Positions 44,490-53,995 of a stretch of 64,000 bases of DNA are shown here, piece by piece (the stretch's first letter is position 1; each line of letters starts with the position of its first letter). The translations under genes and the position numbers were made by a program. The notes beneath the pieces were generated by a model that saw only the letters and a program-made list of their open reading frames with translations, was not told where the DNA came from and searched no databases. The stretch lies in NCBI RefSeq assembly GCF_051955415.1, contig NZ_JBQCGS010000071.1:688-64687 (forward strand), given 5' to 3'. Source of the DNA: Flexivirga sp. (lineage in GTDB: Bacteria > Actinomycetota > Actinomycetes > Actinomycetales > Dermatophilaceae).

Positions 44490-45494
44490 ATGCCCCACAT
44501 GCCCTTCCACCAGTCCGTCCGCCTCGGGCAGTACCTGCTGAAGCAGAAGCTCGCCGGACGGGACAAATACCCGCTGCTGGTGGAGCTCGAGCCGCTCTTC
44601 GCCTGCAACCTCAAGTGCGTCGGCTGCGGCAAGATCCAGGAGCCGGCCTCCATGCTCAAACAACGCATGCCGGTCGAACAGGCGGTGGCCGCCATCGAGG
44701 AGTGCGGCGCACCGATGGTCTCCATCGCCGGCGGTGAACCGTTGATGCACCCGCAGATCCACGAGATCGTGCAGGAGCTGCTGGACCGCAAGAAGATCGT
44801 CTTCCTGTGCACCAACGCGTTGCTGATGAAGCGGCACATCGACAAGTTCACGCCGCACCGCAACTTCTCCTGGATGGTCCACGTCGACGGGATGAAGGAG
44901 CGGCACGACGCGTCGGTCAGCCACGAGGGCGGTTTCGAGGCAGCCATCGAGGCGATCAAGCTGGTCCAGTCGCGCGGCTTCCGGGTGATGACGAACACCA
45001 CTGTGTTCAATAGTGATTCACCGCAGGACGTCATCGACGTCCTCAACTACCTCAATGACGAGGTCAAGGTCGACAACATGCAGATCGCCCCCGGCTACGC
45101 CTACTGGAAGGCCCCGGACCAGGAGGGCTTCCTCGGTGTCGAGGAGACCCGCACGCTCTTCGCCAAGGCCTTCGGCGAGGGCCGCCGCAAGAAGTGGCGG
45201 CTCAACCACTCGCCACTCTTCCTCGACTTCCTGGAGGGCAAGGTCGACTACGAGTGCACGCCGTGGGCCATCCCGTCATACAGCCTCAAGGGATGGCAGC
45301 GTCCTTGCTACCTGCTCGACGACGGCTACGTGTCGACCTATGAGGAGCTCATCCAGGACACCGACTGGGAGGCGTTCGGCCGCGGCAAGGACGAGCGTTG
45401 CGCGAACTGTATGGCGCACTGCGGCTACGAACCCACCGCGGTGATCGCCACCACCAACTCGTTGCGGCAGACCATCCGGGCGGCGGTGGCGTGA
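44490..45494 (+). CDS. hpnH: Adenosyl-hopene transferase HpnH (radical SAM)
   Basis: Last 334 codons of ORF 43545..45494. LEPLFACNLKCVGCGKI radical SAM cluster motif. C-terminal CANCMAHCGYEP. Confidence 0.9.
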   Translation: MPHMPFHQSVRLGQYLLKQKLAGRDKYPLLVELEPLFACNLKCVGCGKIQEPASMLKQRMPVEQAVAAIEECGAPMVSIAGGEPLMHPQIHEIVQELLDRKKIVFLCTNALLMKRHIDKFTPHRNFSWMVHVDGMKERHDASVSHEGGFEAAIEAIKLVQSRGFRVMTNTTVFNSDSPQDVIDVLNYLNDEVKVDNMQIAPGYAYWKAPDQEGFLGVEETRTLFAKAFGEGRRKKWRLNHSPLFLDFLEGKVDYECTPWAIPSYSLKGWQRPCYLLDDGYVSTYEELIQDTDWEAFGRGKDERCANCMAHCGYEPTAVIATTNSLRQTIRAAVA

Positions 45495-47305
45495 TGTCGT
45501 CGCCGGACCTGTTGCGTCACGTCACCTCACCCGGTGACCTCAAGGTGCTGCCGGAGACGGCGCTCCCCGAGCTGGCCGCACAGATCCGGCGGCGACTGAT
45601 CGACGTCGTCACCCGCACCGGCGGCCACCTGGGTCCCAACCTCGGCGTCGTCGAGCTCACCATCGCGCTGCACCGCACGTTCGACGCCCCGCACGACGCC
45701 ATCGTGTGGGACACCGGACACCAGAGTTACGTGCACAAGATGCTCACCGGCCGGGACGACCGTCTCGAGCAACTGCGGTCCGCGGGCGGCCTGTCCGGCT
45801 ATCCGTGCCGCGGGGAGAGCGACTGCGACATCGTTGAGAACTCCCACGCCTCCACGGCCCTGTCGTATGCCGACGGGCTGTCGCGCGGTTCCGAGCTGAT
45901 CGGGCGCGGTCGACGGGTGGTCGCCGTGATCGGCGACGGCGCGCTCACCGGAGGTATGGCGTGGGAGGCTCTCAACAATCTCGGCGCGAGCAACCGGTCG
46001 GTGGTCGTGGTGCTCAACGACAACGGACGCTCCTACGACCCGACCGTCGGCGCCATGGCGCACCACCTGCACCAGCTGCGCGAGGGCACCGCCTCGTCGA
46101 ACCTGCTGGAAGCACTGGGTTTCCACTACATCGGCCCCGTCGACGGACACTGCTTCAAGGCACTGCACCGGGCACTGGACGAGGCGCGTGCCCAGTCCGG
46201 CCCGGTCGTGGTGCACGTGCTGACCCGCAAGGGCAAGGGTCATCCGCCGGCGGAGCAGGACCAAGCGGACCGGATGCACAGCGTGAGTCCAGCACCGATC
46301 CCTTCAGCAGTGAGCCGCGGTGCGGTCGGAGCCGCCCGATCCGAAGCGTGGACAACGGTTTTCGGTGCCGAGCTGGCAGCCATCGGCGAGGAACGCTCCG
46401 ACGTCGTCGCCCTCACCGCGGCGATGCGCCTGCCGACCGGGCTCGGGCCCTTCGGGGAGCGTTTCCCGCACCGGATCGTCGACGTGGGCATCGCCGAGCA
46501 GCACGCCGTCACCTGTGCGGCGGGGCTGGCCACCTCGGGCCTGCACCCGGTGGTGGCGATCTACTCCACCTTCCTGGGTCGAGCCTTCGACCAGGTGCTG
46601 ATGGATGTCGGATTGCACCGGCTGCCAGTCACTTTCGTGCTCGACAGATCGGGCATCACCGGCCCGGACGGTCCGTCGCACCACGGAATCTGGGACGTGT
46701 CGATGCTGCGCGGCGTGCCCGGCATCCGGATCGCGGCGCCGCGTGACGCCATACGCCTCCGGGAGCTGCTGCGGGAGGCGCTGGCCCACGACGACGGACC
46801 CACGGTGCTGCGCTATCCCAAGGGCAGTGCGCCGCAACCGGTGAGTGTGCACACCCGGCTCGGCCCGGTCGACCTGCTGACGCCGCATCACGCGGACGCC
46901 CAGGTGCTCCTGGTCTCCAGCGGTCCGCTGGCGACGGTCGCGGTCGACGCTGCCCGGCGGCTGGCCGGCATGGGCGTGTCGGTCACGGTCGCCGACCCGC
47001 GCTGGATCCACCCGGTGGCGCCGGAGCTGATGTCCCTGGTCGCGGAGCACAAGGTGGCGATCACGTTGGAGGACAACGCGATTGGTGGTGGTCTGGGAGC
47101 GGCGCTGTCCATGGCGGCACACCAGGAGGGCCTGTCGACCCGCGTCATACCGCTCGGCGTGCCGGTGGAGTTCGTCCCCGCCGGCGAGCGGTCCACGCTG
47201 CTGGCCGACTACGGCCTGGACACCGACCATGTCGTCGACACCGTGCTCGCGGCGCGCTGGCGGCGGGGGTCGAAGCATGCGGCACCCACCCTGGTCAGCG
47301 GCTGA
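45494..47305 (+). CDS. dxs: 1-Deoxy-D-xylulose-5-phosphate synthase
   Basis: GGHLGPNLGVVELTIALH, VIGDGALTGGMAWEALNN, GIAEQHAVT. The ATG shares one nucleotide with the hpnH stop (TGATG). Confidence 0.95.
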   Translation: MSSPDLLRHVTSPGDLKVLPETALPELAAQIRRRLIDVVTRTGGHLGPNLGVVELTIALHRTFDAPHDAIVWDTGHQSYVHKMLTGRDDRLEQLRSAGGLSGYPCRGESDCDIVENSHASTALSYADGLSRGSELIGRGRRVVAVIGDGALTGGMAWEALNNLGASNRSVVVVLNDNGRSYDPTVGAMAHHLHQLREGTASSNLLEALGFHYIGPVDGHCFKALHRALDEARAQSGPVVVHVLTRKGKGHPPAEQDQADRMHSVSPAPIPSAVSRGAVGAARSEAWTTVFGAELAAIGEERSDVVALTAAMRLPTGLGPFGERFPHRIVDVGIAEQHAVTCAAGLATSGLHPVVAIYSTFLGRAFDQVLMDVGLHRLPVTFVLDRSGITGPDGPSHHGIWDVSMLRGVPGIRIAAPRDAIRLRELLREALAHDDGPTVLRYPKGSAPQPVSVHTRLGPVDLLTPHHADAQVLLVSSGPLATVAVDAARRLAGMGVSVTVADPRWIHPVAPELMSLVAEHKVAITLEDNAIGGGLGAALSMAAHQEGLSTRVIPLGVPVEFVPAGERSTLLADYGLDTDHVVDTVLAARWRRGSKHAAPTLVSG

Positions 47306-47309
47306 CCAC

Positions 47310-48836
47310 CTACTCGGCACCTTCTTCGGCCCACCAGCGCAGCAACTCCGCGCGGGCGGCGTCCTGCCCCACCGGGCCGTTGTCGAGACGGAACGCCAGC
47401 AGGTGCTGGTAGGCCCGGCCGAGCACCGGGCCGGGCCGGATGCCGAGCGTCTCGGCGATCTGGTTGCCGTTCAGCTCGGGGCGGACGGCGTCCAGCTCCT
47501 CCTGCTCGCGCAGCGCGGCGATCCGCACCTCCAGGCTGTCGTATGCCGCCGACAGCGCCGCCGCCTTACGGCGGTTGCGGGTCGTGCAGTCGGACCGGGT
47601 GAGCAGATGCAGCCGGGACAGCAGCGGCCCCGCATCGGTGATGTACCGGCGCACGGCCGAGTCGGTCCACTGCGAGTCGACGCCGCCCGAGCGGTCCCGG
47701 GAGGGGACGCCCGGGCCGCCATACCCGTGGAACCGCAGGTGCAGCTCGGTCAGCCGGGACACCTGCTTGATCGTCTCCTTGTCGAAGCGCAGCTCCCGCA
47801 GCCGCTTGCGGACCAGCTTGGCCCCGACCATCTCGTGGTGGTGGAAGGAGACCCCGCCGCCCTTCTCGAAGCGGCGCGTCGCCGGTTTGCCGATGTCGTG
47901 CAACAGCGCCGCCAGCCGCAGGACCAGGTCCGGACCGGGCACCAGCTCCGGCTCCTCCAGACCCGGCACGACCCGCGGTCCCTCCAGCGCCATCGCCTGC
48001 TCGAGCACGGTCAGCGAGTGTTCGTAGACGTCCTTGTGCCGGTGGTGCTCGTCCACCTCCAGCCGCAGGGCGGGCAGCTCGGGCAGCACGTGGTCGGCGA
48101 TGCCGGTGTCGACCAGCAGGGTCAGCCCGGCCCGCGGGTCCGGCGCGAGCAGCAGTTTCATCAGCTCGTCGTGCACCCGCTCGGCGGAGATCATCTCGAT
48201 CGACCCGGCCAGCTCGGTCATCGCCGCACGCACCCGGGGGTCGACGGTGAAGCCCAGCTGGGCAGCGAACCGTGCCGCCCGCATCATCCGCAGCGGGTCG
48301 TCCCCGAAGGACACCTGCGGCGTCGACGGCGTCATCAGCGAGCGCGCAGCGAGCGCGCCCATCCCGTCATACGGGTCGACGAACTCCAGGTCGGGCAGAC
48401 GCAGCGCCATCGCGTTGACGGTGAAATCCCGGCGCACCAGGTCCTCGGTCAACGAGTCGCCGAAGCTCACCACCGGCTTGCGGGTCTGCCGGTCGTAGGC
48501 GTCGGCGCGGTAGGTCGTCACCTCGACGATCGTGTCGCCCTTGCGGGCGCCGATGGTGCCGAAGTCGCGCCCGATGTCCCAGGTGGTGTCGGCCCAGGGC
48601 TCGAGCAGGGCCTCGATCCGGTCGGGTCGTGCGGAGGTCGTCAGGTCCAGGTCGGTCGACTCCCGTCCCAGGAACGCATCGCGCACCGGGCCGCCCACCA
48701 GTGCCACCTCGTGACCGTCGGCGGTGAAGATGCCGCCGAGCTCCTGCAGCAGCGGCAGCACCGGTGCCAGGTGCGCGACCGCGCGTCGCTGCAGCTGGGT
48801 TGCGGCGGTCGTCCGGGGTGTCGTCGGGGGTGTCAC
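47310..48836 (-). CDS. cca: CCA tRNA nucleotidyltransferase / poly(A) polymerase family with HD domain
   Basis: ORF 47310..49445(-). LVGGPVRDAFLGR..DLDLTT, RRDFTVNAMA, HRHKDVYEHS, LLHDIGKP. Start set to GTG 48836 so it does not overrun the divergent NUDIX gene. Approximate. Confidence 0.85.
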   Translation of the reverse strand: MTPPTTPRTTAATQLQRRAVAHLAPVLPLLQELGGIFTADGHEVALVGGPVRDAFLGRESTDLDLTTSARPDRIEALLEPWADTTWDIGRDFGTIGARKGDTIVEVTTYRADAYDRQTRKPVVSFGDSLTEDLVRRDFTVNAMALRLPDLEFVDPYDGMGALAARSLMTPSTPQVSFGDDPLRMMRAARFAAQLGFTVDPRVRAAMTELAGSIEMISAERVHDELMKLLLAPDPRAGLTLLVDTGIADHVLPELPALRLEVDEHHRHKDVYEHSLTVLEQAMALEGPRVVPGLEEPELVPGPDLVLRLAALLHDIGKPATRRFEKGGGVSFHHHEMVGAKLVRKRLRELRFDKETIKQVSRLTELHLRFHGYGGPGVPSRDRSGGVDSQWTDSAVRRYITDAGPLLSRLHLLTRSDCTTRNRRKAAALSAAYDSLEVRIAALREQEELDAVRPELNGNQIAETLGIRPGPVLGRAYQHLLAFRLDNGPVGQDAARAELLRWWAEEGAE

Positions 48837-48980
48837 GGAATCGTCGGGGTGGGGCGTCGGCACCACCACAGGGTAGGGGCGCCCGAGCGACTCGTGATAC
48901 AGGCCCCGAGGCGGGTGCGGGCAGCCGTCCCGTTCGTCGGATCGGCTCACGTCCCGGCGAGTCCGGTTTAGAGTGTCGAG

Positions 48981-49466
48981 ATGAGCCTCTATCCACCGCG
49001 CACCGACCGCCCCGTGCGGCGGCTGCCTGCCGTGGAGGAGACCTCGGCCGGTGGCGTCATCATCGACGTGGCGGGTGGTTACGCCTGGATCGCGCTCATC
49101 GCGCGGCACAACCGGGCCGGCCGATTGGAGTGGTGCCTGCCCAAGGGCCACGTGGAGCCGGGCGAAACACTGGTCGAGACGGCGGTTCGCGAAGTCCAGG
49201 AGGAAACAGGCATCATCGGACGTGCCCTGGTCACCCTGGGCACGATCGATTATTGGTTCAGCACCCCGCAGTTGCGCATTCACAAGCGGGTCCATCACTA
49301 CATGTTGGAGGCACTCGGTGGCGAGATCAGCATCGACGGCGACCCCGATCACGAGGCCGTCGACGCGCGCTGGTTCCGCCTGGACCGTGTGCAGCGGAAG
49401 CTGACCTTCCCCAATGAGCGACGCATCGTCCAAACAGCCTGGCAATACCTGGCGCCGACGGCCTGA
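48981..49466 (+). CDS. NUDIX hydrolase (MutT4-like position)
   Basis: Nudix box GHVEPGETLVETAVREVQEETGI. Confidence 0.9.
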   Translation: MSLYPPRTDRPVRRLPAVEETSAGGVIIDVAGGYAWIALIARHNRAGRLEWCLPKGHVEPGETLVETAVREVQEETGIIGRALVTLGTIDYWFSTPQLRIHKRVHHYMLEALGGEISIDGDPDHEAVDARWFRLDRVQRKLTFPNERRIVQTAWQYLAPTA

Positions 49467-51978
49467 CCACCGGCCGGGTCACCCACTCGCTCTCGGGGCC
49501 GCCCTGCTCGCGCTCCTGCTCGGACTGTTCGCCGCTGGTGTCACTGCAGGTATGTCGCCCGCCGCTGCTGCGCCCTCCGCGGCCGCGACGGCGGCGCCGA
49601 AGTCGTCGACTGCCCGGATCAGCCTGGGCGCCAACCTGCCGGCCGTCTCATCCGCCGGGCAGGCGGTCACCGTCACCGGCACCATCACCAACATCGGGTC
49701 GGCCACCCTGGACAACCCGATGGTGCACGTCTCGGTCAGCGGCGACCACCTGCTCGACACACGCAGCGCCGCGGACGGCTGGATCTCGGGGACGCTCGAC
49801 GTCCCATTGACCGAGGTCGCGTCCGGCAGGGCCGGCGCCCTGGCGCCCGGCAGCAGCACGCCGTTCTCGGTCACCATCCCCGGCAAGAAGCTGTCCTACG
49901 ACTACGGCCTGGCCTCCTTGCCGATGACCGTCACGGTCACCGACGGCGGGCCGGCCGCCTCCGCCATACGGGGTATGGCGCGCAGCGCCCTGCAGCTGCA
50001 GAACTCCGCGGTCACGTCGCCGTTGCGGGTGAGCATCGTCGTGCCGCTGACCCTGCCGGCCGATCCGGACCTCTTCGGGCCGACCGGGTCCGCGCGGGCG
50101 GCGGCGTGGGAGCGCGCGGTCGGACCCGACTCGCTGGTGCAACGCACCTTGGACGCGTTGGCCGGCGACCCGGTCGTCTTCGCGGTGGACCCGGCGCTGA
50201 TCGACCCCCCGGCACCCTCCGACGACAACGTCCCCTCCGCCGCGGCCAGTGCCTCGAGCCCCTCGTCGAGCCCCTCGTCGAATTCGTCGGCGGGGTCGCC
50301 GTCCGGCGCCACGGGATCGCCGGAGCAGTCGTCGTCCCCGGCGTCGACCGGAGCATCGGCGGGATCGACCGGTGCGGGGTCCACCGGCCGGGCCTCCGGC
50401 AGCGGCGGCACGCCCGACCCGACGAGCACCGCATCGGGCGCGGCGAGCGGCTCGGGCACGCCGTCGTCGTCGGCTTCGTCACCATCTTCCTCCTCGTCCT
50501 CTTCCTCGTCGTCACCGTCGCCCTCCTCCTCGCAGACCAGCACCCCGCCGGACACCCCCCAGGGCCGGATCGACGCGGCGGTGGACGGGCTCACCGACCG
50601 GCTCACCGGGCTGGGCTCCGAGCAGTCGGTGTGGTGGCTGCCCTCGGACGACCCGGACCTGACCGCGTTGCACGGACTGGGCAAGCCGGGGCAGTCGCTG
50701 GTGTCGCGTGACTTCGCGCGCGTCCTGCCCGACCGGGTCACCGCGCTCGGTGACGTCCGGCTCGTCTGGCCGACCGGCGACCTGCCCGGCGCGGCCGTCA
50801 GTTCCTACACCACGCAACTCGCCGCCGGCAGCAAGGCCCGAGCAGTCGCCCTGCTGCCCCAACGCGCCGTCCGGCGACCGGACGCCCCGACCGCCATCTA
50901 TCGCGCCGCCGGCACCTCCGGTGTCCTGACGTATGACGAGTCGCTGTCCGGTGTCTTCAGCGGGGCCAGCACTTCGCCGGGCGCGCAGACCGGTCGGCTA
51001 CTGACCCAGCTGCTCGCTCTCTACCAGCAGTCACCGGGCACACCGCGGTCGATCGCACTGGTGGCGCCCCGTTCCGGCGGTGCCAACCCGACCCAGCTGG
51101 CGGCCCGGATCGACGCGCTCCAGACGGCCGGTTGGGTGGGCCTGCGGACCGGCGCGCAGTCGACCGCTGCCCTGCGCACGGCTCCGGTGACCACCCTGTT
51201 GAAGACCCCTGCCCAGGGCGGCTCGACACCGACCGTCCCGGCGAAAGCCGTCACGGCCGACGAGCTCGCCGCCCTGCACGATGCTCGGGCGGACCTGTCC
51301 GCCCTGCAGAGCGTTCTGGTCGGCGGTGACGACGTCATGCCCGAACGGAAGCGGGCACTGGACATCATCGGCTCCACGCGCTGGCGCGGCGGCGCCGCGA
51401 AGTTGCACGTCGTCGCCGATCGGGACCATGCCGCGGTCGTGGCCATGCTGCACAAGCTGAGCATCCGCTCGTCCACGATCAATTTCTTCGCCGACTCCGG
51501 CGACATCAGCCTCACCGTCTCCAACGAACTCAACCGGCCGGTGCACGACGTCCAGGTGGAGCTGCAACGGCGCAAGTACCTCGTCCGGGTCACCGACTCG
51601 CCGCAGCAGGTCGACATCGGTGCCGGTGCCCGCGCCGCCGTCCATTTCCACATCGAGGCGGTCGGTGGCGGCACGGTGCCGCTGGACGCGGTGCTGCGGG
51701 CACCCGACGGGACGGCGTTGACCGACACGGACGCGCCGGCACAGCTGAAGATCAACGTGCACCCGACCTCCGGGTGGATCATGTGGGTACTCGGCGTCCT
51801 CGCCGCACTGATCCTCGCGATCGGCCTGTGGCGCGCCGTACGCCGAGGTCCGCGGACCGCCTCCGAGCAGCCGGTGGCCACGGACGCGCCGACCCCGGAG
51901 GACGCCATCGTCGATGCCGGCGAGACCACCGCACAGCAGACCACAGATCGAGGCGAGGGCAGCGACACCGATGACTGA
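49414..51978 (+). CDS. Large secreted/membrane-anchored conserved protein (DUF6049-like, Rv3909 position)
   Basis: 854 aa. N-terminal signal/TM, a ~100-aa Ser/Pro-rich insert, C-terminal TM (GWIMWVLGVLAALILAIGLW). Sits upstream of murJ as in other actinomycetes. Confidence 0.7.
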   Translation: MSDASSKQPGNTWRRRPDHRPGHPLALGAALLALLLGLFAAGVTAGMSPAAAAPSAAATAAPKSSTARISLGANLPAVSSAGQAVTVTGTITNIGSATLDNPMVHVSVSGDHLLDTRSAADGWISGTLDVPLTEVASGRAGALAPGSSTPFSVTIPGKKLSYDYGLASLPMTVTVTDGGPAASAIRGMARSALQLQNSAVTSPLRVSIVVPLTLPADPDLFGPTGSARAAAWERAVGPDSLVQRTLDALAGDPVVFAVDPALIDPPAPSDDNVPSAAASASSPSSSPSSNSSAGSPSGATGSPEQSSSPASTGASAGSTGAGSTGRASGSGGTPDPTSTASGAASGSGTPSSSASSPSSSSSSSSSSPSPSSSQTSTPPDTPQGRIDAAVDGLTDRLTGLGSEQSVWWLPSDDPDLTALHGLGKPGQSLVSRDFARVLPDRVTALGDVRLVWPTGDLPGAAVSSYTTQLAAGSKARAVALLPQRAVRRPDAPTAIYRAAGTSGVLTYDESLSGVFSGASTSPGAQTGRLLTQLLALYQQSPGTPRSIALVAPRSGGANPTQLAARIDALQTAGWVGLRTGAQSTAALRTAPVTTLLKTPAQGGSTPTVPAKAVTADELAALHDARADLSALQSVLVGGDDVMPERKRALDIIGSTRWRGGAAKLHVVADRDHAAVVAMLHKLSIRSSTINFFADSGDISLTVSNELNRPVHDVQVELQRRKYLVRVTDSPQQVDIGAGARAAVHFHIEAVGGGTVPLDAVLRAPDGTALTDTDAPAQLKINVHPTSGWIMWVLGVLAALILAIGLWRAVRRGPRTASEQPVATDAPTPEDAIVDAGETTAQQTTDRGEGSDTDD

Positions 51979-53818
51979 CGAGAGCCGACCCAGCCTGGGC
52001 CAGCTGTACGCCGAGTCGGACCTGCGCGCCCAGGTCCAGCAGAACGCGCCCGAAAGCCAGGGCAGCCTCGGTTCGCTGTATGCCGCCTGGATGGGCGAGG
52101 ACTCCGGCTATCTGCCGATGCCCGACCCGGAGGTCGTCCGGGCCCGCCGGGACGCGATCGCCCGGGGTGCGGACCCGGATGCGCTGCCGCAGGCGCCCGC
52201 CGCGGCGGCACCGGCACCGGCGCCCGAGGGGGGCATCGGCCGGGCCAGCGCGGTGATGGCCGCGGGCACCCTGGTCTCCCGCGCGCTCGGCTTCGTGCGC
52301 ACCATCCTGATGGCCGCGGTCATCATCGGCGTGGCCGGCAACGTCTGGGAGACCTCCAACAAGATCCCGAACCAGATCTATCTGCTGCTGGCCGGCGGCG
52401 TCATCAACGCGGTGCTGGTCCCGCAGATCACCCGCGCGCTGAAGGACCCGGACGGAGGCAAGGCCTACACCGACCGGATCCTCACGCTCGCCATGTCGAT
52501 CCTGCTCGGCGCGACCGTGCTCTTCATGGTGGCTTCCCCGCTGGTCTTCAAGATCGGCTACGTCCATGCCAGCGGCGACACCTGGCGTCTGGGCATCCTT
52601 TTCACCCTCATCTGTATGCCGCAGCTGTTCTTCTACGGTCTCTACACTCTGCTCGGCGAGATCCTCAACGCCCGCAGCCGGTTCGGCGCACTCATGTGGT
52701 CCCCGGCACTGGCGAACGTCTTCGCGATCGCCGGCATCGTCTGGCTGCTCGCACAGCACCATCGGGAGGTCGGCGACCCGTCCCGGTGGACGACGTCGAT
52801 GGTGGTGATCTTCGCCGGATCGGCGACACTGGGCATCGTCGCCCAGGCGGTGGTGCTGATCATCCCGTTGCGACGGTCCGGCTACACCTGGGCGCCCAAC
52901 TTCTCCTTCCGCGGGGTGGGGTTGCGCAACACGTCCACGATCGCGGGGTGGGCGTTCGCGGCGGTCATCGTGCAGCAGCTCGGCGTCTTCCTGGTCACCG
53001 GAAACCTGCTCAACGGGATCGGCTCGGCCAACCAGGCGCAGGGTTACGCATTCCTCTTCTTCATGCTGCCCCACTCCTTGGTGACCCTCAGCCTGGTCAC
53101 CGCGCTCTTCACCCGCATGTCACGAGCCGCCCATGAGGGACGCACCCGCGCAGTGGCCCAGGACACCGAGTTCAGCCTGCGGTTGTCCTCCGTGGCGACC
53201 ATGCCGGCGACCTTCGGTGCGTTGGTGGCCGCCGGGCCGCTGGCCGCCGCCTTCTACCCGCCCATCGCCACCGCGGTCGAGCGACAGACGATCGCGCTGC
53301 TGATCGGCCTGGTGCCGTTCACGGTGTGCGTCGTCGTGCAGCGCGCGCTCTTCGCCTACCAGGACGCCAAGACGCCGTTCAAGATGCAGGTGTGGTGCAC
53401 CATCATCACCAGTGTGCTGGCCGTGCCGTGCGTCCTACTGCCGGACGACTGGCGGGGTTTCGGCGTCTGCCTGGCCGGATCGATCGCCTACTTCGTCGAG
53501 GCGACCATCGGCTACCGCTGGCTGCGGGACCAGCAGCTGCCCGGCTTGCGGATGGTCGGCGTCGCGCAGACGTGGGCCCGTCTCGCCGTCGCCTCGGTGA
53601 TCGCGGTGGCGATCGCGTTCGCCGCCCGGTACGGCACCGGACTGGTCACCGGCCACGACACTCGCATCGCCAACTTCATCGTCTTCGCCGTCGCCGCGGC
53701 CGTCTTCCTCGTCCTCTATGTGCTGTTCTCCCGTCGGCTGCACGTGAAGGAGGTCGAGGAACTCATCGGCGCGGTGTCCGGCCGGCTCGGCGGCGTACGA
53801 CGACTGATCGGTCGCTGA
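51971..53818 (+). CDS. murJ: Lipid II flippase MurJ (MviN)
   Basis: ORF 51914..53818. ATG 51971 overlaps the upstream gene by 8 nt. SRALGFVRTILMAAVIG...PQITRA... and 14-TM pattern. Confidence 0.9.
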   Translation: MTDESRPSLGQLYAESDLRAQVQQNAPESQGSLGSLYAAWMGEDSGYLPMPDPEVVRARRDAIARGADPDALPQAPAAAAPAPAPEGGIGRASAVMAAGTLVSRALGFVRTILMAAVIIGVAGNVWETSNKIPNQIYLLLAGGVINAVLVPQITRALKDPDGGKAYTDRILTLAMSILLGATVLFMVASPLVFKIGYVHASGDTWRLGILFTLICMPQLFFYGLYTLLGEILNARSRFGALMWSPALANVFAIAGIVWLLAQHHREVGDPSRWTTSMVVIFAGSATLGIVAQAVVLIIPLRRSGYTWAPNFSFRGVGLRNTSTIAGWAFAAVIVQQLGVFLVTGNLLNGIGSANQAQGYAFLFFMLPHSLVTLSLVTALFTRMSRAAHEGRTRAVAQDTEFSLRLSSVATMPATFGALVAAGPLAAAFYPPIATAVERQTIALLIGLVPFTVCVVVQRALFAYQDAKTPFKMQVWCTIITSVLAVPCVLLPDDWRGFGVCLAGSIAYFVEATIGYRWLRDQQLPGLRMVGVAQTWARLAVASVIAVAIAFAARYGTGLVTGHDTRIANFIVFAVAAAVFLVLYVLFSRRLHVKEVEELIGAVSGRLGGVRRLIGR

Positions 53819-53995
53819 CGGCTGCCGATCCGCCGTCCGCGCCGCGGATCGGGCTTCCCGGCGCGTGTCCCCGCCGGACTGCGCCGGTCGGCCTTTTAGG
53901 ATGTGGCCGATGCGTGCGCGGCGGCGACGGGCACGGATCACCATGGGAGCCGCGCCGACGCGGCACACGAACGGCGAACAGGGAGCGTTGGTCAG

